Shown here: positions 62,372 to 62,651 of the stretch, piece after piece
Position numbering within the stretch: the stretch's first letter is position 1
How the letters are laid out: each line of letters opens with the position of its first letter
Source of the DNA: a virus
Direction: 5' to 3' (one strand)
IMG/VR virus record: IMGVR_UViG_3300014202_000736
DNA length: 62,651 bases
Position numbers and translations under genes: made by a program
The notes under the pieces: model-generated
The model's database searches: none
Seen by the model: only the letters and a program-made list of their open reading frames with translations
Told to the model about the DNA's origin: nothing

Positions 62372-62651
62372 ACATCTGTCAACGGCACTGGGAAGACCTT
62401 CGAAAAAAGGTCGATGAACGAGGCATGTCGCATCTTGTTTCTTCCAATGGTGAGGAGGCGATGGCGAGAACCCTTGCCCAGCTCAACAACGAAGACACAT
62501 CAGACGATTGGGACCCGTTGATGGCGGCGTTCTTCGCCATCGGCCAGTGGGCATTGAACCGAATGGGTCTGGCCGTGCTGCAGCCAGGATTTTGTCCGCT
62601 GTGCCAGGTGCAGCGGAGCTTCGAGAACGTCAAGCTGTTGCCTGAGTTCGA
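62368..62651 (+). CDS. Hypothetical protein, 5' part. It runs off the window end and continues at 72-171 after the repeat is collapsed.
   Basis: ATG 62368 has an ATGA overlap with the upstream stop. There is no stop before the window end. Confidence 0.5.
   Translation, partial: MNICQRHWEDLRKKVDERGMSHLVSSNGEEAMARTLAQLNNEDTSDDWDPLMAAFFAIGQWALNRMGLAVLQPGFCPLCQVQRSFENVKLLPEF
62581..62651. repeat. Terminal direct repeat, copy 2 (identical to 1-71)
   Basis: Read directly from the sequence. Confidence 0.95.

Noticed and set aside
1-62651. tRNA or rRNA genes, integrase or repressor (lysogeny module), and a phage RNA polymerase or sigma factor.
   Set aside because: A manual scan found no T-loop/acceptor-stem cloverleaf candidates, no tyrosine or serine recombinase motifs, no HTH repressor pair, and no ORF with RNAP motifs. 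The scan was manual, so small or divergent genes could have been missed.

Overview
The window is a complete, circularly closed dsDNA tailed-phage genome. Bases 1-71 are identical to 62581-62651, so the unique length is 62580 bp. It is GC-rich, with no tRNA, rRNA, CRISPR array, integrase or repressor that I can see. There are three blocks. (1) A minus-strand late operon (31068 down to 2137) holds a TerS candidate, TerL, an unusual 4-kb five-gene insert, portal, Mu-F-like protein, scaffold, capsid, connectors, major tail protein, G/GT chaperones with a GGGAAAC -1 frameshift, a 1419-aa tape measure, a 1060-aa tail-tip protein, a membrane-protein cluster and an M15 endolysin with a lipoprotein. 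(2) A minus-strand array of six small early genes (34172 down to 32018). (3) A plus-strand replication and nucleotide-metabolism block (34677 to the end, wrapping to 2016). It holds a Toprim/SF3 primase-helicase, J-domain protein, DUF2786, DUF932, family-A DNA polymerase, Cas4-like nuclease, VRR-NUC, SNF2 helicase, MazG-like NTP pyrophosphatase, a PLP-dependent enzyme, a dNMP-kinase/UDG-like fusion, a thymidylate-synthase-family hydroxymethylase-like enzyme, dCMP deaminase, DUF1643 and ThyX. The most interesting signal is the pyrimidine-pool rewiring and candidate DNA hypermodification cluster (54177-62129, continuing to 1738). Its TS-family enzyme carries the Asp specificity residue of dCMP hydroxymethylases, and it sits with a kinase-UDG-fold fusion, a PLP enzyme and large orphan proteins. 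The second signal is a conserved intergenic cassette repeated about 15 times ahead of early and middle genes: an AT-rich CGAAAATAGTTNTGTACA box, a GC hairpin or conserved leader, then GCTGAAGGAG and ATG. No phage RNA polymerase gene is visible. Two repeat-rich noncoding regions also stand out: ACCTACCTC iterons at 34481-34655 and CTGTWC/GTAC repeats at 31423-31715. All functional calls come from motif recognition by eye. No database search was run.
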